Assembly: GCA_963663405.2 (NCBI GenBank)
Contig: CAXXSM010000142.1
Location: 1 to 64,000, forward strand
Direction: 5' to 3'
From: a bacterium
GTDB lineage: Bacteria; Hinthialibacterota; Hinthialibacteria; Hinthialibacterales; Hinthialibacteraceae
DNA length: 64,000 nt
The position numbers and the translations under genes are program-made. Of this stretch, positions 33,939 through 43,984 are shown piece after piece. The notes beneath the pieces are model-generated. The model did not search any database. It worked only from the letters and a program-made list of their open reading frames with translations, and was not told the DNA's origin. Each line of letters starts with the position of its first letter. Positions within the stretch are counted from its first letter, which is position 1.

Positions 33939-35041
33939 ATGATAATACGATCTCTATGTTTGCTGCTTATCCTTATATCTTCCTTAATATCAGCAAAGGA
34001 AAAAACTGACGACGAGTATTTTTATTTCCCCCCAAATGGTAATGATTTTAAAAATCAAAATCAGAAATCCCCTTCGACAACAGGTCTGGAGACTGATATC
34101 GTTCAAGAAATTAATCAATACATCAAAGAAAATCCTTATACCCGTTATCAAATCAAACCTCGCTGGGCGCTCTGGAGGCATGGTTATCTTATACATGTGG
34201 AAGGGGATTTTTATGAAATCCGGGATGTCGCTTCCCTTCGAAAAACGTGGCATGCGATGATTGCCGGGGCAGCGATATTACAGGGTAAGATCCCTGCATT
34301 GGATCAGAAAATCAGTGAATATGAGAAAGAATTACGGGGAAAAGACCGGAGTGCAACTTGGCGTCATGTACTGACACAATCGGCAGGATTTGATTATCCT
34401 TATGGTGATTATCCGGATTATGCTCCAGGTGAAATGTGGACCTATTCAGATATAAACTTGGTTCATCTATGTCATGCATTGGCGAAAGTGTACGGTAAAA
34501 GAAATTATTTTAACAACTATGCGGATGTCGCGCGAGAGGCGTATTTTGACGCGATTGGTTTGGAAGGTTGGTCCACCCAAATTGTGAAAGATGATTCATT
34601 TGGTGATTACGATGGAGTACGCTTCGTGTTAAGCCTGGAGAATATGGGAAGGCTGGGGCTTCTTGCATTAAATCGAGGGAAGTGGAAAGACAAACAATTG
34701 GTTCCTGAATGGTTTGTCAAAGAACTGGAAACAAAACAAACATATGGAATGAAGGTGAATTACAATGGTCCAATGATGGCGCTATTGGCCTAAACCCGTC
34801 TGAATTTCCAGAAGTCCCTTATGGATATTTAACTTGGGTGAATACTGATCAGGATTTATTTAAAGAAGCTGATTCAACCTGGGCAAGCGGCAGAGGCAGC
34901 GGCGGTTGTGTCATAATGTGGAATCATAACAATGGAATTGTTTTCGCTGGTATCGGGATCAATATCGGCAATGGTAAACCCAATCTTGCCCGTGTGATTG
35001 AAAAAAATATTGAGAGAGATAATCCACTTATTAGAGAATAA
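33939..35041 (+). CDS. Secreted beta-lactamase-family serine hydrolase; joined across a frameshift at ~34771
   Basis: Signal peptide, SxxK (ASLRK), TWRHVLTQSAG, PGEMWTYSD, MGRLGLLALNRGKW, YGYLTWVN. Confidence 0.8.
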
Positions 35042-35104
35042 GTTCAGAAACCGCTGTTATGTTAAGTAGTCGATCAGGCGGTACATCTCTTTTCCGTAAC
35101 CAGC

Positions 35105-36187
35105 GATCATCGATGAGTTGTACAAACAGATCGGCCAGTTGAAAGTGGAACTCGACTAGCTTAAAAAAAATCTGCCCCCTTCGGTTGAGGTCAAACGCAC
35201 GTGGATCGATCCGGACCATCCCCACATTTCCATTTCACGTCAATGCGAACTCGTGGGGTTCTCCCGGTCAGGCTATTACTATCAACCCAAAGTCGAGACC
35301 CGTTACACCATGAGTTTGATGAATATGATCGATGAACAATACACCCGGCATCCGTTCTATGGCGTGCGCCGTATGACCAAGTGGCTTCGGCTTCAAGGCT
35401 GCGCCGTGAACAAAAAGCGCGTCAGCCGTTTGATGCGCCGAATGGGCCTGCAGGCGATCTATCCCAAGCCCCGCTTGAGTCAGGGCCAGGATGAGCACAA
35501 GAAATATCCTTACCTGCTCAACGGCCTGACCATCGATGAACCAAATCAGGTTTGGTGTACGGATATCACGTATATTCGCTTGCGAAGCGGTTTTGTGTAT
35601 CTTGTGGCGGTGATGGATTGGTATAGCCGGTACGTGCTGTCGTGGCGGCTTTCGAATGCGCTTGAGGTGGAGTTCTGTCTGGAGGCGTTAGACGCCGCGC
35701 TGGGTTTGGCCCAGCCGGCCATTTTCAACAGCGATCAAGGCAGCCAGTTCACCAGCGAGGCGTTTACTGACCGGCTCCTCGCCGCGGGGGTGCGGATCAG
35801 CATGGATAGCCGCGGACGGGTCTTCGATAATATCTTCATCGAACGATTGTGGCGAACCGTCAAGTATGAAGAGGTCTACCTCAACGACTACACCAGTTTG
35901 AGGGATAGCCGGGCGCGTCTGAACGAGTATTTCACGTTCTACAACCGGGAGCGTCTTCACCAGGCGCTTCGCTATCAAACGCCGCATGCGGTCTACTGGA
36001 ACAATTGATGTACGACGTCCCGGCGCCGAACGAAACAAGATTGAAAGGAGAAAACTCATGGCTCGAACAGCAAAAGTAAAGCCCCCCCTCCGCCCCCCAA
36101 AGGGGGGAACGCGTTTTGATCCAATCCGGTATAAACTGAAGTTAAGCGATCAAGTGGAAATCGGTGTTTTATAATGAGTAATTAACA
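35105..36187 (+). mobile_element. 5'-truncated IS3-family element: orfA tail with premature stop, A8 slippery site, intact orfB (DDE integrase core, to 36008)
   Basis: IIDELYKQIGQLKVELD*LKKK with AAAAAAAA; orfB has YGVRRM, NQVWCTDITYI, NSDQGSQF, DNIFIERLWRTVKYE, HQALRYQTP. The right end is approximate. Confidence 0.9.
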
Positions 36188-36219
36188 AAACAGCACGGTC
36201 CATGCTGTTCCGTGCTGTT
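36184..36219 (-). terminator. Probable intrinsic terminator of the 36280..37779 gene
   Basis: 10-bp stem AACAGCACGG/CCGTGCTGTT followed by a short T-rich run on the minus strand. Confidence 0.6.
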
Positions 36220-36279
36220 ATAAACCATGGTATTCAGTTTGTGCTCTTCCGTTTAATGCGTTGTGGCAGAGCGGAAGTA

Positions 36280-37779
36280 TTAAAACAGTTCCCAGATCTC
36301 CACATGGGTAGACGGGCCGCCCAGAGTCAGCGTGCCGTAGCAGCGTTCGCGATGAGCAGGGCCGTTCCACATCAGCTGCATATCGCGGTCGTCGAAGGTT
36401 TCATCGTTGTCGTCATCATTAATGGTGACGTTGAAACCGATGATCTCTCTGTCGATTGGGTTGAGATATTTCTCAAGTAATATCCGGTACTCAATCATAT
36501 ATCCATCATCGGTTAGGGATGGTGCGGCGAACCAGTCGTCTTCGTCGTCTTCGCCGAATAGAAAATCGGCGCCATTGCCATGAGAGGCTCCATTGGCGGT
36601 TATCGCCAGTTGCGCGCCGATTCCAAACCCGTAGTTAGAGCCGTTATTTTGACTGAAGTCGCCGTCCAGAAAGACTTCCACGCCATCATCATACCAAGTG
36701 TAGCCAGACTCGGAACCGGCGGGTTCGGTATCGGTGCGGATATCGCTGTCCGATACATCGACGGTAACGTATAAATAGGTGGCGTCATGAAGCACATAGA
36801 ATTCAAAGCCCGCGTCTTCGATACTGGATGGATAGATGGCCTCTTGCGAAGGGCCTTCGAAAGGATTGCTTTTACCTGTTCCCGCCACCGCCCAGATAGC
36901 TTCGTCCATTTTGCCATCGATGATAATTTCTTCTGTAATGAGAGGCGCGGTAACTTCCTGACGTCCGAAATAGAGATTTCCGTACGTGCTTTCCTGATGG
37001 GTTACGCCAGCCCATACAAACTGCGTGTCCCGTTGTCCGGGGGAGGTGTCGGCGTCGTTGATTGCAAGGTTGAAACCAACGGTATCCCCTTTTTTAGGAT
37101 TGCCGATTTTTGATAGTTTAATGCGGAACTCGTAATTGAAACCGGTATAATCATCATTCTCTAAAACCGCTGCAAACCATTCGGCATCCGCACTGTCTCC
37201 GAAAGTTGGATTTCCTGCTTCCACATCACGTCGTGCTCCGAATGATGTGATGACAAACTGACCACCGGTTTCGTATTCTTCGGGATGATTGTTGACATCG
37301 CCTTCCACCCGGTTGTGGTTACCATCCACGAAAACCTCAACCGAGTCATCATTCCAGGTATTGCCATCCTCTTCATTGGTATCAACCGCGTTTACCCAGT
37401 CCCAATCGGTTACCGCCACTGCGACATACAGATATTCGTCATCATAGATAATCCAGGCTTTGCAGGAAAGATCGTCCGCGTCATCCGGAACTTCACCGTC
37501 AATGATACAAGGCTGTCCCGGATCATCAACCGGTAAACTGGGCTGGTATCGGAACCACAGATTATTTAAAGTGTTAGTAAGCCCGTTTCCCTGCGGAGCG
37601 TACGTCCAGGCGTCATCATCGATTATCCCATCGATCACCGGCGGCTCAACCGCTTCATAATCCCCCAGGTAGTGGGCTAGCTGAGTCCGGGGCGGTAAGT
37701 CTTGGGAATAACCTGTCATTTCCACCGCTCCCGCCAAAAGCAACAGAACGAAGATCCGGATTGCATATATTTTTCTCAT
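36280..37779 (-). CDS. Secreted protein with two CBM9/DOMON-like sugar-binding domains
   Basis: Signal peptide; duplicated motif set (P/I)xIDG..D..W / YDDEYLYVAVAVTD / DSVEVFVDG / GFNLAINDAD; acidic; RBS GGAGG. Confidence 0.85.
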   Translation of the reverse strand: MRKIYAIRIFVLLLLAGAVEMTGYSQDLPPRTQLAHYLGDYEAVEPPVIDGIIDDDAWTYAPQGNGLTNTLNNLWFRYQPSLPVDDPGQPCIIDGEVPDDADDLSCKAWIIYDDEYLYVAVAVTDWDWVNAVDTNEEDGNTWNDDSVEVFVDGNHNRVEGDVNNHPEEYETGGQFVITSFGARRDVEAGNPTFGDSADAEWFAAVLENDDYTGFNYEFRIKLSKIGNPKKGDTVGFNLAINDADTSPGQRDTQFVWAGVTHQESTYGNLYFGRQEVTAPLITEEIIIDGKMDEAIWAVAGTGKSNPFEGPSQEAIYPSSIEDAGFEFYVLHDATYLYVTVDVSDSDIRTDTEPAGSESGYTWYDDGVEVFLDGDFSQNNGSNYGFGIGAQLAITANGASHGNGADFLFGEDDEDDWFAAPSLTDDGYMIEYRILLEKYLNPIDREIIGFNVTINDDDNDETFDDRDMQLMWNGPAHRERCYGTLTLGGPSTHVEIWELF

Positions 37780-38101
37780 CACACTTTCCTCCCTTGAACT
37801 TGATAATTGATGTATCAAATCATCTTATAACATGTTGGAGGAAGAAATATAAGGGAACCGGATATTGCGGACTGCACTTCGGGAATTATCCGGACACTTT
37901 TATTCCAAGATGTGGCGCCAGCGAGTAGAACAAGGTGAACGTTAGTATGAAAAAGGTTCTGATGAGATTCGGTTGCTATTGCTGATTCTGGACGGTAGAA
38001 ATGCTAGAATTTTAGTTAAAAAATCTGGATTTAGAATGATATGCTGAGATGTGTTTTGCATTTTATTTGATTTCATGAAGGAGAAAATCTGATGTCCACG
38101 C

Positions 38102-38539
38102 AAACTCTATTAGACGAAGCGCAGGGGGAATGAGAGAACCTATAATACGTAATTTATTCGCGAAACGGCTTTACTGGTCCGAAGACCGCACGCGTACATC
38201 AGAGCCAGAACTACTCGATAGGGCGATTTCCTGACAGTGGGCAGGAGGGCAAGAACCTGGGAATAGGTTAATGGATGCGACAGACGCTTTTGGCGAGGCT
38301 TACGAATCCTTTTTTTGCGTGCCTTCGCCCAGTCCTGCTAACGTTATGTCTTCGATCATGCGTTCTCTCAATTTGATCATGATCCTTCTCATGAATTAAA
38401 AGTATGTTTGGCAGTCTTACAGCCACTGCCTTCTCAGAAGGAATACATGACAACTCAGCAGATTTCGAAAGGGGAATATTCAACCAGATACGCCGACACT
38501 CGAAATTCTGTGGCAGAGACGCTTCGTCCAATAGAATTT
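38102..38539. other. 438-bp element bounded by 20-bp imperfect inverted repeats with nested internal stems (MITE/IS relic or structured ncRNA)
   Basis: AAACTCTATTAGACGAAGCG (38102-38121) versus CGCTTCGTCCAATAGAATTT (38520-38539), 18/20 complementary; several nested helices. Confidence 0.6.
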
Positions 38540-38658
38540 CGAGAGAAGATTCTGTGACGGTGACCACGGTCCGATTCATGCTTGACAAGCACATGGGGAT
38601 CGAACAAAATCTGGTTGGCGGCCAATCAGACACTTTCTGTTACGATAGGAGAAAAACG

Positions 38659-39713
38659 ATGAAACGAATTGGAATCGGCCTTTCCATAGTAGTTACCTGC
38701 GCGGTGATGGGTATGGGACAGGATCTTTTTGAAACCGGGGAACTCATTATCGATGTGAATTATGATGATTTCGACGCGAGCGCATTAAACGCTACCGGTC
38801 TATCGGATCCTTTTGTGTTTAACGATATTCCAGGGAATGAGACAGGCGCATTAGAATTTGAAATACCGGCGGGACTGAAAATGTATGGAATGAACAGCTG
38901 TCGACCAGTTTCGACCGGCCCGAAAACAGCGAGGATATAACATGGCGAATTCAATACCGGGTGCGAGTCGAAAATACACCATACAATATCCAACTCCGGA
39001 TGGAGATCACAGAGGATCCTTGGACTGGATTCGGGATCGATAATCCGATTCCCGAGGGATCGGAAGGGAAATGGCTTTTATATGATTTTTTAGCCTCTCC
39101 CTTCGCTTCATTCTATACAGACCAGATCAGTTTCTATTTGCGTTTTGGGGCACAGGATTATCAGCTCATGCAAATCGATGACATCCGTTTGTATATCAGC
39201 AACGCGCTACGGCTGAATTCCTTTGAATCCCGCGCAGACGAGCGGATGCTAAAAAGTAATGGAGTGGAATTGGAACGGGTGGAAAAAGAGGACGCTCCCA
39301 CGGGCGCCTATGTGATGGTCGCGCGAATTGTTGAACCGGGAGATTCGCTCAGCAGCGCGTCACTCATTTTACCTTACGCGATCGTCAGCGATTATACCGG
39401 CGCTTTTCGACTTACTCTCGCCATGCGGTCGAATATCGCGAATTTCGAAGTGAGAGGCGGAATCACGGAGAAGAGTGATTTCTCCGCCAGTATGGTCTAC
39501 GCACAGGAAACCGTAACGATTGTGGAGAGCGATACTTGGACGACGGTCTCATTTCTGATTCAACCACTGACTTTCAGCGCGAGCCGGGTGTATCCATTCC
39601 TCCAATTTGGAGGACAGGGTGAGGCGGAAATCCAGTTTGACCGATCTGTAATTCTTATGACAGATGAAGTCGTGGAAAATCCTGTTTACACCAATCTCTG
39701 GTCTCTCTATTAA
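38659..39713 (+). CDS. Secreted beta-rich protein (possibly CBM4/9-like); joined across a frameshift at ~38877
   Basis: RBS AGGAG, signal peptide MKRIGIGLSIVVTCAVMGMG; one missing base restores GLENVWNEQLST...YRVRVEN; ends VYTNLWSLY. Confidence 0.7.
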
Positions 39714-40248
39714 GAATTCACAATATTTACTTCCATTCCATCAAATCTCACTTCTCTCTATACTTTTCAAGATTCCAGAAAAACCTGATCGTTTTTGTTC
39801 AGCCAGCGAACAAGATGCTTTTATGGCAGGGACATTCTCATATCCAAGTTTTGGAACTATATGCCCATTTATAGGCGCAAGATGATGATATTGAGAGATT
39901 GTGATTAGCCTCTGTTTTCTCACATCCCTTCCCTATTGAATGAAACCGTTTCAAAGAAAGGATAGACTCAAGATTGAATTAGGAAAAGTGTTTCTGTTTA
40001 GTTGAATTACCGGATAGAATCTGGCTGTTTATTATATGAAAATGAGTTTCTAAGGCTCTCTCATTCGTGATGAGCTCCCTCAACTCATTTTCATTTGCAG
40101 TTGTGATCTCAATCATGATGGTTTATATGAAACGGGTGATTTTATGGGGAGATGCTTGACATTAGACATTTTTAGATGAGAAAATTGGATGAAATAAAAA
40201 ATAATGGAATAATTTCGTGATTGAAATGCGAAATCCCGGATTACTGAG

Positions 40249-40337
40249 TATTGCCATTTCGTTAATAAAAAACAGCGAAAGGTCTCGTAGTGCCCTCTTA
40301 CCTTCTCGAGTGGGCTGGTTGAGTTGAAATGGCAATA
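40249..40337. repeat. 89-bp mini element with perfect 12-bp terminal inverted repeats (TATTGCCATTTC)
   Basis: 40249-40260 and 40326-40337 are exact reverse complements, with TA at both outer ends. Confidence 0.7.
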
Positions 40338-40391
40338 GAACCGTAAGAAAACAAACGCTTGTGAGTTGAATAAAAAAGAAGGAGATAAAAC

Positions 40392-41725
40392 ATGAAACGA
40401 CGAGCCTTTCTATCCCAAACCGCTAAAAGCACGATTGGCCTTTCGGCCGCTATGGTTACGGCAAATACCAAACAAGTGCTGGGGGCAAATGATAAAGTAC
40501 GTATCGGTCTTGTTGGCTGCGGGGGGCGCGGACTCATGCTATTGCGCACCTATGCCCGAGACAATCGCTTTCAGTTCGCCTACATGTGCGATCCGGATTC
40601 GCGGCGCGGCACGCGTGAATTTACGATGATGAAAGACGAACACAATCCAAATATCAAGCGCCTGACCGATTTCCGCCATATGCTAGACGACAAGAATGTA
40701 GACATGACGATGATCGCCACGCCCGATCATTGGCACGCCCTCGCCACCATCCTATCCTGCCAGGCGGGTAAAGATGTCTATTGTGAAAAGCCAATGAGTC
40801 ACAATCCGTGGGAAGGTCGCAAGATGATCGAGGCGGCGCGTAAATACAACCGCGTGGTGCAGGTAGGGCATGCAAAGCCACAGCGCGCCTTATCTTTTCG
40901 AAGCCGCCGATTACATTAAAAGCGGGGAAACTAGGCAAGGTGCAATTGTGCAAGATCTTCAACCTCAAAGCGGCTCAACCGTTCCATGCCGATAAAACAG
41001 CTAAACCGCCCAAAGAAGTCGATATCGATCTATGGCTGGGTGCGGCGCCGGAAGACAAAGCCTTCGTTTATGCCAGCAAGGGTTGGCTCTATTATTGGGA
41101 TTTCTGTAACGGTGACATGATGAACGACTGTGTGCACCAGACCGATATTGCGCGTTGGCTGATCGGCGAGACGTACCCCAAAAGCGCGCACTGCTTTGGT
41201 GGCCACTTTGGTTTCGATGACGATCGCGAAGTACCTGATACCCAGTTTGCTACGCTGGAATTCGACGACAAGATCGTAACCATCGAGAACGGCCAGAACA
41301 TGCAATACATGGCCAAAACGCCGATGGCAATGCGCGACACAGATGAGTTCCCACTCTGGCAGCACAACTCGACGAAGGTAGAGATTTACGGTTCGGACGG
41401 TTTGATGATGGTTGGACGTCACGGCGGAGGCTGGCAGGTATTCACCAACGCGGGTGAAGTTGTGACCCAAGCGCATGGGCGTTTTCCCGATGAACCGCAT
41501 AAGGAAAACCTCTATAAGTGCCTACAATCACGCGAACGTCCCAATGCCGATGTCGAAGTCGGTCATATCAGTTGTCTGTGGGTACATCTGGCGAACATAT
41601 CCTACAAACTGGGCGGCCGCACGCTGAAGTTCGATCCCAAAACCGAAACCTGTGACGATGCCGACGCCAACAAACTCCTCAAACGTATCTATCGCAAATC
41701 CTACGAGGTACCGGACAAGGTGTAA
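40392..41725 (+). CDS. Tat-exported Gfo/Idh/MocA oxidoreductase; joined across two frameshifts (~40866, ~40925)
   Basis: MKRRAFL twin-Arg signal, GANDKVRIGLVGCGGRG, ATPDHWH, GKDVYCEKP, HQTDIARW; extra G in two G runs. Confidence 0.9.
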
Positions 41726-41751
41726 AGAAAAAGAAAAATCATGAAACAATT

Positions 41752-41792
41752 GGGTGGGCTCAAAGCATTGCATAACAATGCGAAGCCCACTC
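41752..41792. terminator. Hairpin downstream of the oxidoreductase gene (terminator or REP-like)
   Basis: GTGGGCT..GCATTG CATAA CAATGC..AGCCCAC. Confidence 0.5.
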
Positions 41793-41914
41793 TTCACTGT
41801 CTACTTGGCAGATCGTATCAAGGATAGGCATTATCTCGTCACTCGCCACCCATCACTATTTTTTTGTGAAGATAAATGAAAAACTGTTAGAATATAAAAA
41901 AAAGGGAATGGAAG

Positions 41915-42553
41915 ATGAGATGTAAATGTCACCAACACTGGAATCAATACGCGTTTACATTAATCGAGTTACTGATTGTTGTTGCGATAATCGGAATCCT
42001 GGCTGCGATCGCCGTTCCGAATTTCTTGCAGGCGCAAGTCAGAGCGAAGTTATCTAAAGCTGTAAGCAATATGCGGACGGTGGCGACCGCGCTGGAAATG
42101 TATTACATGGATAAAGGCTCGTACCCGCGATGGGCCTGGGATGGCTGGGGGAATCCCAACAACCACTATACCGGATTCAGGGATTTGACGACTCCAGTCG
42201 CCTACGTCATAAGTGAATCCGCATTCGTGAATCCGTTTAAGATTCAATTCGATAAGGATCATAATGTCCCCGATGGACGCGAACTCGATCCCTATTTTGA
42301 ATTGGGGACGTTCAAATATCTCAACAGCGGAACGCGCGGGCGTTCCTTGCCACAATTAAATACGGAACAATTTCCTAAATCGCTTTGGTTATTGGAAAGT
42401 TCGGGACCGGATAAAGCTGATGATTATGGAGCCAGTAGTTACCCGCAAGAAGCGTTGGTGTTTCAGGCGACGAATGGCATGATCAGCCGAGGGGATATTT
42501 TCCTGGGAGGGGGGCAGTACGTAGCGGATTGGGTGAAAGGATTGGTGTATTGA
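41915..42553 (+). CDS. Prepilin-type N-terminal cleavage/methylation domain protein (GspG-like)
   Basis: AFTLIELLIVVAIIGILAAIAVPNFLQAQVRAK, ALEMYYMD..YP, LTTPVAY, SSGPD, TNGMISRGDI. Confidence 0.9.
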   Translation: MRCKCHQHWNQYAFTLIELLIVVAIIGILAAIAVPNFLQAQVRAKLSKAVSNMRTVATALEMYYMDKGSYPRWAWDGWGNPNNHYTGFRDLTTPVAYVISESAFVNPFKIQFDKDHNVPDGRELDPYFELGTFKYLNSGTRGRSLPQLNTEQFPKSLWLLESSGPDKADDYGASSYPQEALVFQATNGMISRGDIFLGGGQYVADWVKGLVY

Positions 42554-43287
42554 GCGAGATAAAATTTTTATCGGAAACTGAACTAGAGAATCGGTTGTCA
42601 CAATGGATGGATGCGGTTGGTGAGTTCAAGAGCCGATTTAGACGGATAGACCTTCAACGTTCGGCTTTATTGGTTATTGATATGCAGAACGAGTTTTTGC
42701 GTGAGGATGGACTTTTACCCGCGTGGGGCGGTCCTGCCGTAATACCTCGAATAAAAACGTTGATCCATCAATACAGAAAAACAGGACGACCGGTAATTTA
42801 CACGCGCCATTGTTATTTTAATCCTGAAATCGATGGCGGAGCAACGGCTGAATGGTGGAATATGGATCGGGATAGCCCCATTCTGAAGGCAAGTTTACCC
42901 GGAGCGAAAATTCATGATGAGATTGCTCCCTCGAGTGAAGATCTTGTTCTTATAAAACATCGCTACAGCGCCTTTCATGGGACGAATTTGGAAACTATCT
43001 TAAAACGATTTCAGGTTCGGGATGTCATTATAAGCGGTGTAACAAGCAATTGTTGTTGTGAAGCGACTGCGCATGAGGCATTTTTTCGTGATTATCATAT
43101 TTTCTTTTTGGCAGATGGATGCGGTGGTACGGACGAACAGACGCATATATCTGTGTTAAAGGATATCGCCTGTTTTTATGGAACGGCGCTTACATGTGAG
43201 GAAACTATACAAGCAACTATTTTCTTGAAGTTTTTCAAGCGAGAGATACGAGAACATGGACTCTTCATGATGCCCAACAGGAATTAA
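42550..43287 (+). CDS. Isochorismatase-family cysteine hydrolase
   Basis: ALLVIDMQNEF, KHRYSAFHGT, SGVTSNCCCEATAHEAFFRDY (D-K-C triad); TTG start overlapping the pilin stop. Confidence 0.9.
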   Translation: MSEIKFLSETELENRLSQWMDAVGEFKSRFRRIDLQRSALLVIDMQNEFLREDGLLPAWGGPAVIPRIKTLIHQYRKTGRPVIYTRHCYFNPEIDGGATAEWWNMDRDSPILKASLPGAKIHDEIAPSSEDLVLIKHRYSAFHGTNLETILKRFQVRDVIISGVTSNCCCEATAHEAFFRDYHIFFLADGCGGTDEQTHISVLKDIACFYGTALTCEETIQATIFLKFFKREIREHGLFMMPNRN

Positions 43288-43364
43288 TGAGACAAAAGGA
43301 TTTATCGCCTTGCTATGAAAACGAAATGATACGTTATTTCAAAAAGAGTTTATTTCTGTTTTTT

Positions 43365-43570
43365 TGTGAATAAAAAAAGTCTCTGAAATCACTGTTGGTG
43401 ATATCAAGCGGTGGATTGCTTGGCGTAAAAACAAACTGGTCGAAAAAATTGGACGATCAGCAATTCAACAATACGTCACGAATATTTCACACTCTCTCAA
43501 TACCTTCAAACAGCCGTTGAATGTAATGCCCTAGTTGAAAATCCATGCACTTCTATTTCATTAAAAAAGT
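43365..43570 (+). pseudogene. Tyrosine recombinase/integrase core-binding domain relic
   Basis: Across frameshifts reads KKVSEITVGDIKRWIAWRK...SNSTIRHEYFTLSQYLQTAVECNALVENPCTSI, the helix pattern ending in NP typical of phage integrases. Confidence 0.55.
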
Positions 43571-43699
43571 TCTTTCATTATCTCTCTGTCATCCGCCGAC
43601 TTAGTCTCATCCTGAAATCCAACCGGCATTTTCAGTCAATGTTCGATTCTAAAAACGGTGTTATTAATTGTTTCATATAATTTCCTCCAAAAGGTCTTA

Positions 43700-43900
43700 T
43701 TGATACCTCGATCTGTGCCAAGGTTTATGGAACGACAAGTAATTGGGACTCTAATCTTGCGTGATCAGCGTGGATGAAAATAAGAGTATTCAAGTCAGGT
43801 GTGTTGAGTTTGAAACAGTATTATGAGAATATTGTAGGATCATTTCAATGGAAATTTTCAATGGATGATCTGCAACGCCTCTTTGCAAAGATCCCATCTG
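43700..43900 (+). pseudogene. Possible IS630-family transposase C-terminal relic
   Basis: YENIVGSFQWKFSMDDLQRLFAKI resembles the PFxWxFTxxDLxxLL tail of IS630 transposases; short and degraded. Confidence 0.35.
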
Positions 43901-43984
43901 ATACTTTCCAAGATGATTTGGTTGTCTCGTTAAACATAAATACATCATCGAATTAATGATTCAGAATACTTAGGAGGAGAAACA

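Noticed and set aside
33939-35041. Antibiotic-resistance beta-lactamase
   Set aside because: Only the generic SxxK serine-hydrolase fold is evident (YSD rather than YxN, no KTG); substrate unknown.
38545-38640. Riboswitch upstream of the 38659 gene (hairpin TCTGGTTGG/CCAATCAGA)
   Set aside because: Hairpins exist, but I could not match the conserved core of c-di-GMP, TPP, SAM or cobalamin aptamers.
38268-38940. ORFs 38404..38940 (+) and 38268..38633 (-) as real proteins
   Set aside because: The plus ORF's real start is 38659 (RBS and signal peptide); its upstream part and the minus ORF overlap the inverted-repeat element and have no motifs.
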